This document shows positions 20,853 to 30,400 of a DNA stretch of 64,000 nt, one piece after another. This stretch comes from Bdellovibrionales bacterium. GTDB taxonomy: Bacteria; Bdellovibrionota; Bdellovibrionia; Bdellovibrionales; UBA1609. The notes below the pieces were generated by a model, which was not told the origin of the DNA, did no database searches, and saw only the letters and a program-made list of their open reading frames with translations. The DNA lies in the NCBI GenBank assembly GCA_965205945.1, contig CBDBIB010000001.1:32001-96000 (forward strand). The letters are read 5' to 3'. The position numbers and the translations under genes were made by a program. How positions within the stretch are numbered: the first letter of the stretch is position 1; each line of letters opens with the position of its first letter.

Positions 20853-23800
20853 CTATAGGTTTGAAATATCAGCAAGTCCAGCTTGTGGCAAGAGTTCAAA
20901 AGCTTCAATGTATTTATTATAAAAATCATTTATATCATGTACACCAAGACGAAGAAGATCTATGAGTTCAGAAAGTACGTCTGTATTTTTTATACTCGAT
21001 TTTTTAATTATGGCTTCAATAGAATCAATTTCTTTAAGGGTAGCTAAAAGAGTTTTTTTAAACTGCACCTTTTTCTTATCATCTATAAGTACAGTATTTT
21101 GAATATATAAGCTATAATGATCTCGTATAGATCTTTGAATTGCATCTCTGTAGCGACGTATTTGAGCTCCATCACCGGAAGCATCCATTAAAATAAAGGC
21201 CCCGGGTTTTCCTGCTTCAAACTCAAATATCTTAAAAAGTCTACCTATTAAATCTTTATTAGCCTTATTAAAATCCTTGTCTGAATAATTAATAAAACTA
21301 TCATGAGAATTAGGAAAACTAAACTGTTTATGGTTTTTAATAATGGCTGTATTTAGCCTTGTTATTATATCCTCTACAAAAGCTTTTGATTCTTTAATTT
21401 CTCCAGGGTTATATGAGAGTTGCACTAAAAGCTCTGACAAGGTTTTTAAAGTGATCTTTATTTGTTCATCTAGTTCTTTTTCTAGTACTACTTCTTCATT
21501 TATTTTGTGGAAAGAGAAAAAGATATTTCTTATAAGATCTAAATAAAATCTAGATCTAGTTAATGTCTGAATATCGTAACTTTTAGACGTTAAATCGTTA
21601 CTATATCTTTTAAATTGAGTTCCTCTTGTTTGAAGATTAAAATGATTATTTTTTATTTTCTGAACTGGTTTAAATTTTAATTCAGAAGTTTTTAATAACA
21701 GCTCCTGAGCAGCTTTAGAAATAGCATACTCAAGCTCGTCAGCCTCTATGTAAGCATTTAAATGAACAGCATTGTGGTTTAAAATTTCTTTTTCAATCAT
21801 TTCTTTATATTCAACAATAAGGTTTAAATGAGATTGCATTGCTTTTTTTTGAACATTTTTAAGCCACCAAATATTTAAATCATGTTTAACAAAAGATTTT
21901 AAGGGTACTTTTGGGTTTAAAAGAAAGTGGAGACCTGAATACTCGTTTTCTATAAGAGGTGTATTATCTTTAGAATATATTGAATAAAGAGTATGTTTAG
22001 ATACGGCATGATTTTCACTTTTATTTTCTACACTTTCAGTAATTAGATCTCTGACTTCAAATGTAAAATGCATTGACTCTTTTATAGAAGGGTCTAAATT
22101 TTTAAAGCGATATCCTTTTTTAGTTATGGTATTTTCTTTCGTAGTTTTTTGATTTATAAATTTATGTAACTTTTTTAATTTAGAAGTGTATTTAATAACT
22201 TGACCTAATGAAACAGAATGAGCACTTACCACTGCTCTATCATTTAAGAACTGAGCACTTTCTTTAATATCATTAATCATCTCTAACAAAGTGGTATAAT
22301 CTTTATGAGTTGTTGGAATTTTACTTTTAAAATCAGCTCTTAATTGTTCAATCTTTTCCATATCTACAAAATAATCTGATTTATATTTATTTTGAAATAA
22401 AGGAAAAATATTCTTAGGGTTTTTACAATTAAAATCTACTTTAGTTCTATCAATTATCCCTGCTGGTATAAATTCTATAGAATAGGTCTTTTCATCTTTA
22501 ATACTAAAATTTTGATCCCCACAAATAGACTTTAAAACTACCCAATCAAATACTGTATTGCTGTTAAGTTTTTCTTTAAAAAATTTTTCTCCTTGATTAT
22601 CTGAATAAGATATTTGATTTAATGCCTCATAAAAAGATGCAGCTTCACTTTTATTAGCATAAAACTTACTTAAAATATCCTTACTCGTTATATTGGCTTC
22701 AATAAAACTATCAATTTCATACCAATATCTATTCAGATTCTGTGTAATTCCTCTAGGATCAGAGATAGAGTTGTATTTAAGAAAAGATTTTCGAAAATCT
22801 TTTCTTAAATTAAAATACCCTTTAATATCAAATGATTTTTGGTTATCATTAAAAAGAAGGTTAAATCTATTAATCCAAACTTTAATTTTTTTAACTTTTT
22901 CTTCTTGTATGTGATAAGTTCTTGAAGATAAAAATTTTTGGTTTTTAATCAAAGCTTCTTTATTAGCAATTGATTTATTTAAAATTTTTTTCAAAGTTTT
23001 AAGCTTATTATAGTCAATCTCTAGTGGTTTTGTATAACCTTTTGATCTTGCACGATTAACATAACTATAAAGCTTACTTGTTCCTTCATAAGCTGCATAA
23101 AGATGAGCGGCTTTTCTATGAAACATAGGGGTGTTTTCTTCATTTAAAGGCCTTAAATGACTTTTTGCTTGAGACTCTTTTAATTGAGAATCTAGATTTC
23201 TTAATGTGCTTATAAAATCAGATTTTAAAGATTCATCTTGAAGAGAATTCCAAAAGCTTTTTTCATGATTTTTTATAGTTGTTAAAAGAGTTTTTATTTT
23301 TTTTCTTGCATAAATTTTATTATGGACAATATCATACCAAGGAGTCATGATCTTATTTCTAAAAAATTCTTCAAAAGCTACAAAATATACAGCATGAGAA
23401 AATGTTTGTTTTACAGATTTTCCAAAAGAAAAAACAGCTTTAAGAGCTCCCCCTGGAACGAATGTAAAACCTAATAGAAAAGCTTTTGAACCTACTAGAC
23501 GAATTGTTTTTCCTAAAACTGGTCCAAAAATTTTAGACATTGTTGTTTGAGCTAAAAAAGCTGCAAATGCTGCTGACAACATATTACCTGTGGCTCCTAA
23601 AAACTCAAGCCACTTTTCATCACTAAGCATATAGTTTTTAAAAGATTTACATTCTGTCGATTCTAAACCTAAACCTAATTTAAATCTATTTAAACAAGGC
23701 TTAGACTGCACAATAAAATCTATTAAAAGGTCTTGAGTCATTGAACCTACAGCCATTCCAAGATATCCATACATCATTTTAGCAGATAACCCTGTATTTT

Positions 23801-24449
23801 GAATATATTTGCGAACTCGAATCTTTCTTTCATCTAAATTTAATCCATTTTTTAATCCTAATCGCTCTATTTGCTTAATATGAAAGTTATTTAATCGCCC
23901 ACTAGTTTGTGCACTTGCAACCATAAAAGCATAAAACCCGGCGATACCTAAGGGGTCAGTTAATAAACCTATAAGGGTATCTTCTCCACAAGAAGGGGAG
24001 GATGGATTATGTGGTTTGTATATAGGTATATTAAATGGATTAAATCCACCGCACTGTATTGCTGTAACTAAGTGAATTGCTAAGGCAAAGGCAACGTGTG
24101 TTGAAGGAAATGTTCTAGCTTGTGAAACAAGTGTCGTCCCTATATTTACATTTTGGCGGTAAGCACTTTGAACTTGCTTCATTGTTGCTTTATTCCAAGG
24201 TATCATTTTAAATTCGCCTGTTAATTTTTTATTTCTTATTACAGGGACTGGGATTAGATCTTTAGGATCATTGAAATGTTTTAGAACTGTATTAAATTCA
24301 GAGTCCGGCATTTCTTTTGCTAGGCTTTCATCTTCACTACTAAGTGTACGATTTTGAATATGGGTTTGTGAAAAATTATTAATAACAAAGTACAGTAGAA
24401 AAATACAAAAACATAAACTACTTACAGCTTTAAATTTAGAACTATTCAT
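20853..24449 (-). CDS. Large (1198 aa) hypothetical protein with N-terminal anchor and hydrophobic helical cluster
   Basis: Long ORF with N-terminal hydrophobic segment and Gly/Ala-rich hydrophobic helices around aa 115-360. Confidence 0.8.
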   Translation of the reverse strand: MNSSKFKAVSSLCFCIFLLYFVINNFSQTHIQNRTLSSEDESLAKEMPDSEFNTVLKHFNDPKDLIPVPVIRNKKLTGEFKMIPWNKATMKQVQSAYRQNVNIGTTLVSQARTFPSTHVAFALAIHLVTAIQCGGFNPFNIPIYKPHNPSSPSCGEDTLIGLLTDPLGIAGFYAFMVASAQTSGRLNNFHIKQIERLGLKNGLNLDERKIRVRKYIQNTGLSAKMMYGYLGMAVGSMTQDLLIDFIVQSKPCLNRFKLGLGLESTECKSFKNYMLSDEKWLEFLGATGNMLSAAFAAFLAQTTMSKIFGPVLGKTIRLVGSKAFLLGFTFVPGGALKAVFSFGKSVKQTFSHAVYFVAFEEFFRNKIMTPWYDIVHNKIYARKKIKTLLTTIKNHEKSFWNSLQDESLKSDFISTLRNLDSQLKESQAKSHLRPLNEENTPMFHRKAAHLYAAYEGTSKLYSYVNRARSKGYTKPLEIDYNKLKTLKKILNKSIANKEALIKNQKFLSSRTYHIQEEKVKKIKVWINRFNLLFNDNQKSFDIKGYFNLRKDFRKSFLKYNSISDPRGITQNLNRYWYEIDSFIEANITSKDILSKFYANKSEAASFYEALNQISYSDNQGEKFFKEKLNSNTVFDWVVLKSICGDQNFSIKDEKTYSIEFIPAGIIDRTKVDFNCKNPKNIFPLFQNKYKSDYFVDMEKIEQLRADFKSKIPTTHKDYTTLLEMINDIKESAQFLNDRAVVSAHSVSLGQVIKYTSKLKKLHKFINQKTTKENTITKKGYRFKNLDPSIKESMHFTFEVRDLITESVENKSENHAVSKHTLYSIYSKDNTPLIENEYSGLHFLLNPKVPLKSFVKHDLNIWWLKNVQKKAMQSHLNLIVEYKEMIEKEILNHNAVHLNAYIEADELEYAISKAAQELLLKTSELKFKPVQKIKNNHFNLQTRGTQFKRYSNDLTSKSYDIQTLTRSRFYLDLIRNIFFSFHKINEEVVLEKELDEQIKITLKTLSELLVQLSYNPGEIKESKAFVEDIITRLNTAIIKNHKQFSFPNSHDSFINYSDKDFNKANKDLIGRLFKIFEFEAGKPGAFILMDASGDGAQIRRYRDAIQRSIRDHYSLYIQNTVLIDDKKKVQFKKTLLATLKEIDSIEAIIKKSSIKNTDVLSELIDLLRLGVHDINDFYNKYIEAFELLPQAGLADISNL

Positions 24450-24522
24450 AGTTTAATTATTTCGGATTTAATATAGATTAAAGCAAATAAATCTCATTTT
24501 GATAATCTAGGCAAAAATCTAG

Positions 24523-24822
24523 GTGATATCTTTAGTTAAAAATCTTAAAATACTGTTTATGGAGGTTTTTAATTACTTTTGGTTTTTTTTATATGGTCTT
24601 ATTGCAGGAGTTTTAGCAAAAACCCTTGCCCCTGAAAGAGATCAAGGAGGGTTTATTTTTACATCTATCCTAGGGATTCTAGGCTCTATTCTAGGGGGTT
24701 TTATTTTTTCTTTTTTTGGGTGGACTTTTGAAAAAGGCTTTTCTTTTAGTGGTCTTATCCCTGCCTTTATAGGCTCAATTGTAATTCTTATTTTTTATAA
24801 AATAATTACTAAATTATTATAA
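24523..24822 (+). CDS. GlsB/YeaQ/YmgE (transglycosylase-associated) membrane protein
   Basis: GLIAGVLAK..P....GG...T.ILGILGS.LGG...AFIGS pattern. Start probably ATG about 24559. Confidence 0.85.
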   Translation: MISLVKNLKILFMEVFNYFWFFLYGLIAGVLAKTLAPERDQGGFIFTSILGILGSILGGFIFSFFGWTFEKGFSFSGLIPAFIGSIVILIFYKIITKLL

Positions 24823-24981
24823 TTTTAAAAAATATTATTTTTAAATTTTTAACAATATGATCTAAATATAATATAATATAATATAATTAATAAAAATCTA
24901 TGTCTAAATTTGAAATGTTATTTTAGTTAAATTTAATAATTTTTAAGTATTTAAAGAAAGTGCTTTAATTTTTATATTAAT

Positions 24982-25008
24982 TAAGCTTTAAAAGACTCAA
25001 ACCGATAA
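24982..25008 (+). promoter_or_regulatory. Sigma-28-like promoter of vWA paralog 4
   Basis: TAAG-N15-ACCGATAA-N6-ATG. Confidence 0.65.
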
Positions 25009-25014
25009 TTCAGT

Positions 25015-26283
25015 ATGATTAAGAAAGTACGAATAAATATTTTAGTAGTGATAGTCTTACTTCTTGGCTGTAGTGAGCCTCCTTCTTTTTCAGTGTTTCC
25101 GTCAATAGATATTTTTTATCAAACACAAGAAAATAAAGCTACAGCTAAAATAGATATTTTATGGGTTATTGATAACTCTGGATCAATGGAGGATGATCAA
25201 CAACACTTAAGAGAAAATTTTAATTCTTTTATAACAGACTTTATTAAAAAGGGTTATGATTACAGAATAGCTGTGATCACCACAGATGCTTATTATACGG
25301 ATCCTCAAACAGAGTCTATATATAGTCAAGAAAGAATGGGCCCTTATATGGATTTTATAAATATAGATGGGAACGGAGAGTTCCTCCGGTATTTGACATC
25401 TAAATTTGTTGATGGTGATTTAACAAAAAGCTGCAAGCAATTTTTTAGTAATAATGATTTTACAGCCGATTGCCGCCAAGTCACAGAAGAACATATACTG
25501 TCAGGATACCATTTAATCGACAGTTCTGATGACATCATTGACTTTAAATTGTATGATGATCCTTTAAATACTGTTTATGAAATTGGTCATGCTGACTACA
25601 TTCCCAATAATATAAAAAATATTTTTGCCATCAATTCAAACGTTGGAATAGTGGGTTCTCCTTATGAAAGTGGTTTAAAAAGCATTCATACGGCTTTAAA
25701 TACCTCAGCAAACAAAAAGTTTAACTTTCCTAGATCAGATGCTCATTTAGCGATAATTATAGTTTCTGATGAAGAAGATCAAATTGAAGGAAGTCTTCAG
25801 CCTAATGGATCGCCAGCAGAAGTAATAAACAATGTTCCTGTAAAAGATTATCACGATTTTTTTACAAAACTTGTAAGTCCCATATACGGCTATTCGTTTC
25901 ATACAATAGCAAAAATTGACGAAACCTGTGGTAAAGCATTTGGTCCAAATGACGGAATAGGAACAAGGTATATAGAGCTTTCTAACTTATCAGGAGGAGT
26001 TAAGAGCTCTATTTGTGGGGATTTTTCAGAAAGTTTGAGTAATATAGCTAAAACAATCATTGAAAAAACAGTTGGGTTTTTTTTAACAAATGTCCCTGCA
26101 GAGTCAAATAGGCTTCAAGTTTCAATTAAAAGCCCAGGAAAAATAATCCCTACAATTTTACCTCAAGATATAAACAATGGTTGGACTTATAATCCATCTG
26201 CAAATAGTATTGTTTTTCATGGTACGGGCATACCTGTTCAAGGCTCTAAAATAACTGTCCTTTATGAACCAGCCTTTTTTTAG
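25015..26283 (+). CDS. vWA-domain lipoprotein, paralog 4 (inverted relative to 1-3)
   Basis: LLLGC, DILWVIDNSGSM, SDEEDQ. About 180 bp of upstream DNA is also homologous to the upstream DNA of paralog 2. Confidence 0.85.
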   Translation: MIKKVRINILVVIVLLLGCSEPPSFSVFPSIDIFYQTQENKATAKIDILWVIDNSGSMEDDQQHLRENFNSFITDFIKKGYDYRIAVITTDAYYTDPQTESIYSQERMGPYMDFINIDGNGEFLRYLTSKFVDGDLTKSCKQFFSNNDFTADCRQVTEEHILSGYHLIDSSDDIIDFKLYDDPLNTVYEIGHADYIPNNIKNIFAINSNVGIVGSPYESGLKSIHTALNTSANKKFNFPRSDAHLAIIIVSDEEDQIEGSLQPNGSPAEVINNVPVKDYHDFFTKLVSPIYGYSFHTIAKIDETCGKAFGPNDGIGTRYIELSNLSGGVKSSICGDFSESLSNIAKTIIEKTVGFFLTNVPAESNRLQVSIKSPGKIIPTILPQDINNGWTYNPSANSIVFHGTGIPVQGSKITVLYEPAFF

Positions 26284-26570
26284 AACTTAAAAGCCATAAA
26301 ATGAATCTATTGCAGTGGGCTTTTCGTGTTTTATGTCATCCACAATAGTATATCGATTTCGGAACTGATTTCCTGCGGTTTGCATTTGGGTAAAGGTATT
26401 TAGTTGATTACTCATTAAAATTAAATATGGAAAAAATAAGTTTGTACTACTTTTTCATAAACTTTTACTGAGAAAAAGATATATTGTTGAGATTGTATTA
26501 ACTGGGTATTGTTTGCGTCCTTTTAAACCGGTAGTATGTATAAATTTTAAAGTGTAGTGTTTTTAAATAA

Positions 26571-26598
26571 AATGCTGATAAGGTATATTATGTTACAA
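26571..26598 (+). other. dif site (XerC/XerD), probable chromosomal dif
   Basis: AATGCTGATAA-GGTATA-TTATGTTACAA versus E. coli dif GGTGCGCATAA-TGTATA-TTATGTTAAAT. Intergenic, and local G/C bias flips around it. Confidence 0.8.
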
Positions 26599-27482
26599 CT
26601 TAGAAATTATTTAATTTAAATCCTAAAACTCATATCTTTTATTCTAAGGTTAATATCCTTATCACCAAGCTTTATTAAACTAATCAAGCTTCTCCTAGAC
26701 CCTCGTTTTATCTTTTTTCAATAATATTAATTTTGTTTTTTAAATATGAGTTTAGAAATTTTTAATCTGCCCAAAGCTTCTCAAGATCTGGTTCAAATAA
26801 AATTCACCCTCCACCAGGACCATTTTCTCCTAGGTGATAAGGTGGAAGAATAATAGACCCTATTGTCGAACTTGCATTAGCATGCTTAGGAGCAGGCCTT
26901 AAATAGGGTATACCTATAGGAAAAACTCTTCTTTTAGAGGCTCTCCAAGCTTATTGTCATTACCAAGGGAAACTGTCACCTCTAAAAATAGTAATAACTC
27001 TAAACTAGGTTTTATTTCTCCTTTCCAAGAAGCTTATTTACTTGGAACTCGTTGTAATTAACCCGAATTTGAACTTTTTAAATCTGCTGTAACATTCTAT
27101 TTTTGTGGGTTTTTGAATATGGATTGATGGTTTAAAAGGGCACAGACAATATACTGTTAATACTGACAAAACAGTCTTAACAATATATCTTATTCCTCAG
27201 TAACAGTTTATCAAATAGGTGATCTTCTTCGGGTTATCTTACAACAGATTTGTAGAAATTAGGAAATCTTTAAACACCTTATTTTTTTGTTTTTCTACAT
27301 CTGCTTATACAATCAAATCTTTGCATTGAAATATTCGTTATAGAGACTCTTAGCCTCATTGTTATTTATAATAATAAAATTAATTGCCATAAAACCTTTA
27401 GTGAGCTTGTTAAAAAAGGGTACTGTCTTACATAAAGCAGATCTCTTAAAGTAAGCTCTTCTATTCATCAAAAAAAAATAAA

Positions 27483-30400
27483 TTAATAACCAGGGCTACA
27501 ACGTGTAAAATTAGGTTTTTCAGCACGAGTCCAAGAAGTTAAAGTTCGGCCTGAAAAACTGCCGCAATCGAGAACGTTAGAAACATTCCATGAACTGATG
27601 TCTTGATCAAAAGAAGCTGCATTATTAAACATACTCCCCATATCAGTAACCTTAGAAGTGTCCCAGTTAGAGGTGTCAGGGTTAGCTAAATCTGCATTAG
27701 AAAACATAGAGTTCATATCAGTAACCTTAGAAGTGTCCCAGTTAGAGGTGTCAGGGTTAGCTAAATCTGCATTAGAAAACATAGAGTTCATATAAGTAAC
27801 ATTAGAAGTGTCCCAGTCAGAGGTGTCAGGGTTAGCTAAATCTGCATTATAAAACATAAAGCTCATATCAGTAACCTTAGAAGTGTCCCAGTTAGAGGTG
27901 TCAGGGTTAGCTAAAGCTGCATTATAAAACATAGAGCTCATACTAGTAACCTTAGAAGTGTCCCAGTCAGAGGTGTCAGGGTTAGCTAAAGCTGCACTTA
28001 AAAACATAGAGCTCATATCAGTAACCTTAGAAGTGTCCCAGTTAGAGGTGTCAGGGTTAGCTAAAGCTGCATTATAAAACATAGAGTTCATATAAGTAAC
28101 ATTAGAAGTGTCCCAGTCAGAGGTGTCAGGGTTAGCTAAAGCTGCACTTAAAAACATAGAGCTCATATCAGTAACCTTAGAAGTGTCCCAGTTAGAGGTG
28201 TCAGGGTTAGCTAAAGCTGCATTATAAAACATAGAGCTCATACTAGTAACCTTAGAAGTGTCCCAGTCAGAGGTGTCAGGGTTAGCTAAATCTGCATTAG
28301 AAAACATAGAGTTCATATCAGTAACCTTAGAAGTGTCCCAGTTAGAGGTGTCAGGGTTAGCTAAATCTGCATTAGAAAACATCCAGTTCATATCAGTAAC
28401 CTTAGAAGTGTCCCAGTCAGAGGTGTCAGGGTTAGCTAAATCTGCATTATAAAACATAAAGCTCATATCAGTAACCTTAGAAGTGTCCCAGTCAGAGGTG
28501 TCAGGGTTAGCTAAATCTGCATTATAAAACATAAAGCTCATATCAGTAACCTTAGAAGTGTCCCAGTCAGAGGTGTCAGGGTTAGCTAAATCTGCATTAT
28601 AAAACATAAAGCTCATACTAGTAACCTTAGAAGTGTCCCAGTCAGAGGTGTCAGGGTTAGCTAAAGCTGCACTTAAAAACATAGAGCTCATATCAGTAAC
28701 CTTAGAAGTGTCCCAGTTAGAGGTGTCAGGGTTAGCTAAAGCTGCACTTAAAAACATAGAGCTCATATCAGTAACCTTAGAAGTGTCCCAGTTAGAGGTG
28801 TCAGGGTTAGCTAAATCTGCATTAGAAAACATAGAGTTCATATAAGTAACCTTAGAAGTGTCCCAGTTAGAGGTGTCAGGGTTAGCTAAATCTGCATTAG
28901 AAAACATAGAGCTCATATCAGTAACCTTAGAAGTGTCCCAGTTAGAGGTGTCAGGGTTAGCTAAATCTGCATTATTAAACATAGAGCTCATACTAGTAAC
29001 CTTAGAAGTGTCCCAGTTAGAGGTGTCAGGGTTAGCTAAATCTGCATTAGAAAACATAGAGTTCATATAAGTAACATTAGAAGTGTCCCAGTTAGAGGTG
29101 TCAGGGTTAGCTAAATCTGCATTAGAAAACATAGAGTTCATATAAGTAACATTAGAAGTGTCCCAGTCAGAGGTGTCAGGGTTAGCTAAATCTGCATTAT
29201 AAAACATAAAGCTCATATCAGTAACCTTAGAAGTGTCCCAGTTAGAGGTGTCAGGGTTAGCTAAATCTGCATCAGAAAACATCCAGTTCATATCAGTAAC
29301 CTTAGAAGTGTCCCAGTCAGAGGTGTCAGGGTTAGCTAAATCTGCATTATAAAACATAAAGCTCATATCAGTAACCTTAGAAGTGTCCCAGTTAGAGGTG
29401 TCAGGGTTAGCTAAATCTGCATCAGAAAACATCCAGTTCATATCAGTAACCTTAGAAGTGTCCCAGTTAGAGGTGTCAGGGTTAGCTAAAGCTGCACTTA
29501 AAAACATAGAGCTCATATCAGTAACCTTAGAAGTGTCCCAGTCAGAGGTGTCAGGGTTAGCTAAATCTGCATTATTAAACATAGAGCTCATACTAGTAAC
29601 CTTAGAAGTGTCCCAGTCAGAGGTGTCAGGGTTAGCTAAATCTGCATTATAAAACATAGAGCTCATATCAGTAACCTTAGAAGTGTCCCAGTCAGAGGTG
29701 TCAGGGTTAGCTAAATCTGCATTATTAAACATAGAGCTCATACTAGTAACCTTAGAAGTGTCCCAGTTAGAGGTGTCAGGGTTAGCTAAATCTGCATTAT
29801 AAAACATAGAGCTCATATCAGTAACCTTAGAAGTGTCCCAGTTAGAGGTGTCAGGGTTAGCTAAATCTGCATTATTAAACATAGAGCTCATACTAGTAAC
29901 CTTAGAAGTGTCCCAGTTAGAGGTGTCAGGGTTAGCTAAATCTGCATCATAAAACATCAAGCTCATATTAGTAACATGTCTAGTTGAGCCACCATTAACA
30001 AGAGTTAAGTTATCTGCTTTATAAAACATATAACTAAAACTTTCCCACCCTGTGTCTCCTAATTCTGTAACCTCAATTATTTGCTCGCTATCACGAAAGT
30101 TAAGATATGGGCAGCGCCCAGTGATTTTAACTATATAAGTCCCTGAAGATGAATAAGTATGATTTTTATCTAAATCACTTGATGAAGTAACAACTCCCGA
30201 GGTTCCATCCCCCCAATGAACCATAAAGTTATATGTATAAGAAGAACTTAAACTAAGATTTAAATTTAAATCACTACCATAAATACTAAATTTAGCTGTA
30301 AAAGGGGTTCCTAAATTTTGTATTTCAGTGCTTAAACTAACTACATCAGACAGGTTTCCGGCTGCATCTTGTGCAACACCAGAGGCGATTGTAATTTGAA

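Noticed and set aside
27637..29975. CRISPR array
   Set aside because: Units are 75-bp in-frame coding repeats with no unique spacers, and there are no cas genes.
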